A stretch of 64,000 nucleotides of DNA from assembly GCA_002633005.1 (NCBI GenBank), contig NMRA01000216.1, forward strand, positions 610,473 through 674,472, written 5' to 3'. Source of the DNA: Phoronis australis (Eukaryota > Animalia > Phoronida). The translations under genes were made by a program, and so were the position numbers. The notes below the pieces were generated by a model. That model was not told where the DNA came from, ran no database searches, and was given only the letters and a program-made list of their open reading frames with translations. Below are positions 61,875 through 64,000 of this stretch, one piece after another (position 1 is the first letter of the stretch; the number at the start of each line of letters is the position of its first letter).

Positions 61875-64000
61875 ATACCTTTAGACAATCTATAGTTTTA
61901 GCAGAATTATTAAAATTTGACTTGTGGTAATATTGCGTAGCGTTTTAAGACAAATGTTCATACTGACGTCATTCAGCATTTAATTCCAAAATTCAATGCG
62001 CCAACGCCACGGACACTTGGTATGTATAACCCCCTTCTTGTTGCAACAACTAACTACACATGGTTTCTAGTACGTTCTCATGTTTCAATTTATGTTTAGC
62101 AACTGTAAGAGACGAAACGTGATGTAATTATAGAAATTCATAAGCAGTAATAGAATGGCTGCAGGACGGGATTGAACTGGAACCCTCTGGTACAACACTT
62201 CGGGGCGGCAGGTGGCACCAGTGGATTATTATTTAAAATGCGTTTGCCTGACTTACTTGAATGAATCTATGTAATATTTCTGATGCTGATATTTCCTCCC
62301 CTCCGGAGAGGGTTCTGCACGAGACAAATCTCCCTCCATCCTAGCTACACGCCCCTCAGGATGTACACAGAAGTCTGTACCCTGACTCTTGCATACTTCT
62401 GTATGAATTATACATTGCTCCTTGCTAGTTCAAAGGCTTAGATTTGCCCTTAATATTTACCGTCAAACTTAATGAACTAGTACGTAACAAAATAGACACT
62501 GTGTACTGTTCGTCTTCTTCACTGTCTTGATCATATTTTCTAAACTTAAAATAATATAATGCACCTCCATTTTGGATGATATGAGTTGATGAGACTGATC
62601 ATCGTTCACATATATGAGTCTGATCATCGTTTACAGCATTGTTGTTAGGATCGTTTTTGGTCAATGACAAGAATTTGTATAAATTACTAGGGCTGATGAA
62701 AAAACTCAACACCTTATAACATGTCCTACCATTCTTAGAAATAGTCGAAATTAATCTATTTTAAAGAATCATTTGTAATAAATTTGATCAAACACAATTG
62801 TTTCTGTACACCTGTCGTGCACGCACAAACATAGTGACGCCCTGTGCACACTTGTCCTGCACGCGCAAATATACATGTATATAGAGGGACAAAGGGACAT
62901 TTACCACGAACTGCTCCACCGAGAGAGGGCACCGTCTGAAATGGGACACCTTAAGATGACAGGTTAACCTTCAGTAAACTTGGAAAAAAGTGACAGTTCA
63001 TTCCACCGTCCTGTGGCCCCAAAACGATGCAGGGATTGACCTCCTTCAGCATAAAAGCTCAATTTCACAAAAAATATTAAAATAGAGGTAATCGATTCCA
63101 ACATTTGGCATTCTCCGTGAGTGGCCCCGTACAAATCTGTCAACAAAAACACAAAAAGGTGGCCACTTGAATGTCAATGGCCTCCTTCAAGGGCGGGTCC
63201 CCTAAATATGAAAATATCTATACGTATTTTCAAATTTCAGGAAATGCGCAGCAATTGATGTTACCTGTCAGGTCATCAATTTTTCTCAAGTGATATACAG
63301 TTTCGAGAAAATAAATAAAGCGAAAATTGTCTCCGTTATTCCTTGCCAGAGAGGGGCCTCTAGAAAAATATAGTTTTGCATTCGCAAAATTGACTTACTG
63401 AATTTAAACATCCAGTAAACTAGTACGCTTAGCAAAAGCTTTGCTTTACAAATTTTCTCGATTTTTCGAAATTTATGTGTGCGCGTAGACGACCTGTGGT
63501 GCAAAAGCGAACACCAAAAACGACAGTGTCCTGGCCAGGGTCCTCAAAAGGTAAACCATGCACTGATGCAGATTTGTTAAATGTTCTCTTGAATTTTCCT
63601 TTTTTTTATCCGTTTTCACAGTCTTTCATTTCTAGACTGTCCCCGGCCCCACGCTTATATCGGTTGCCACGGTTTAACCCAAACCCCTGAAAATCTGGAA
63701 ATTTTGGGGGGCCCATTCCCCCCCCCCCCCTGTGCACAGCAAACGTCAAATGGGATCTTACGTCCTGCATCAGACCAAAATTCAACTAAAGCAGTCCAAA
63801 TACAGGAAGCCTCTGTCACAAATACAAAACAAATACAAGTGAACTACGATAAAAAAGTCCATAGCTGAGTTGCAAATCCTCATTTTTGACATTCCTGTAG
63901 TTCTGTTTTCGCTCACAATATTTATCATATTTTTCTCAATAAGGTCGTCCCAGTCATTGATGGTGACAGGAGTGGCCGGGAAGACGACGGAGAAGGAGTG

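Overview
AT-rich, intron-containing genomic DNA from a metazoan, probably an invertebrate bilaterian; the taxon cannot be fixed from the sequence. I reconstructed three protein-coding genes by hand from splice sites and reading-frame continuity. (1) The 3' end of a SPRYD3-like multi-SPRY gene (+, 50-4463), with a C-terminal extension ending in a CaaX box (CVIL). (2) A complete ENPP4/ENPP5-like type I membrane ecto-nucleotide pyrophosphatase (-, 20587-10456; 4 coding exons, ~491 aa). (3) A complete adenylate kinase 9 gene (AK9; +, 21483-58418; 36 core exons, ~2048 aa), head-to-head with the ENPP gene across a <0.9 kb CpG-rich interval. AK9 contains two tandem exon-bearing duplications, each joined by a single N; these are most likely uncollapsed haplotypes. 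It also has a run of symmetric phase-1 micro-exons encoding an acidic insert, including two candidate GC-AG exons. Repeats include a 43-bp double-hairpin minisatellite, several MITE families, tRNA-derived SINEs, an RTE 3' fragment and a decayed CR1/L2-group LINE with an (ATT)n tail. I see no CRISPR array or prokaryotic-type system. The best leads for something undescribed are the prenylatable SPRY protein, the ENPP-AK9 divergent pair, the modular AK9 insert with an intronic X-box, and the structured minisatellite.
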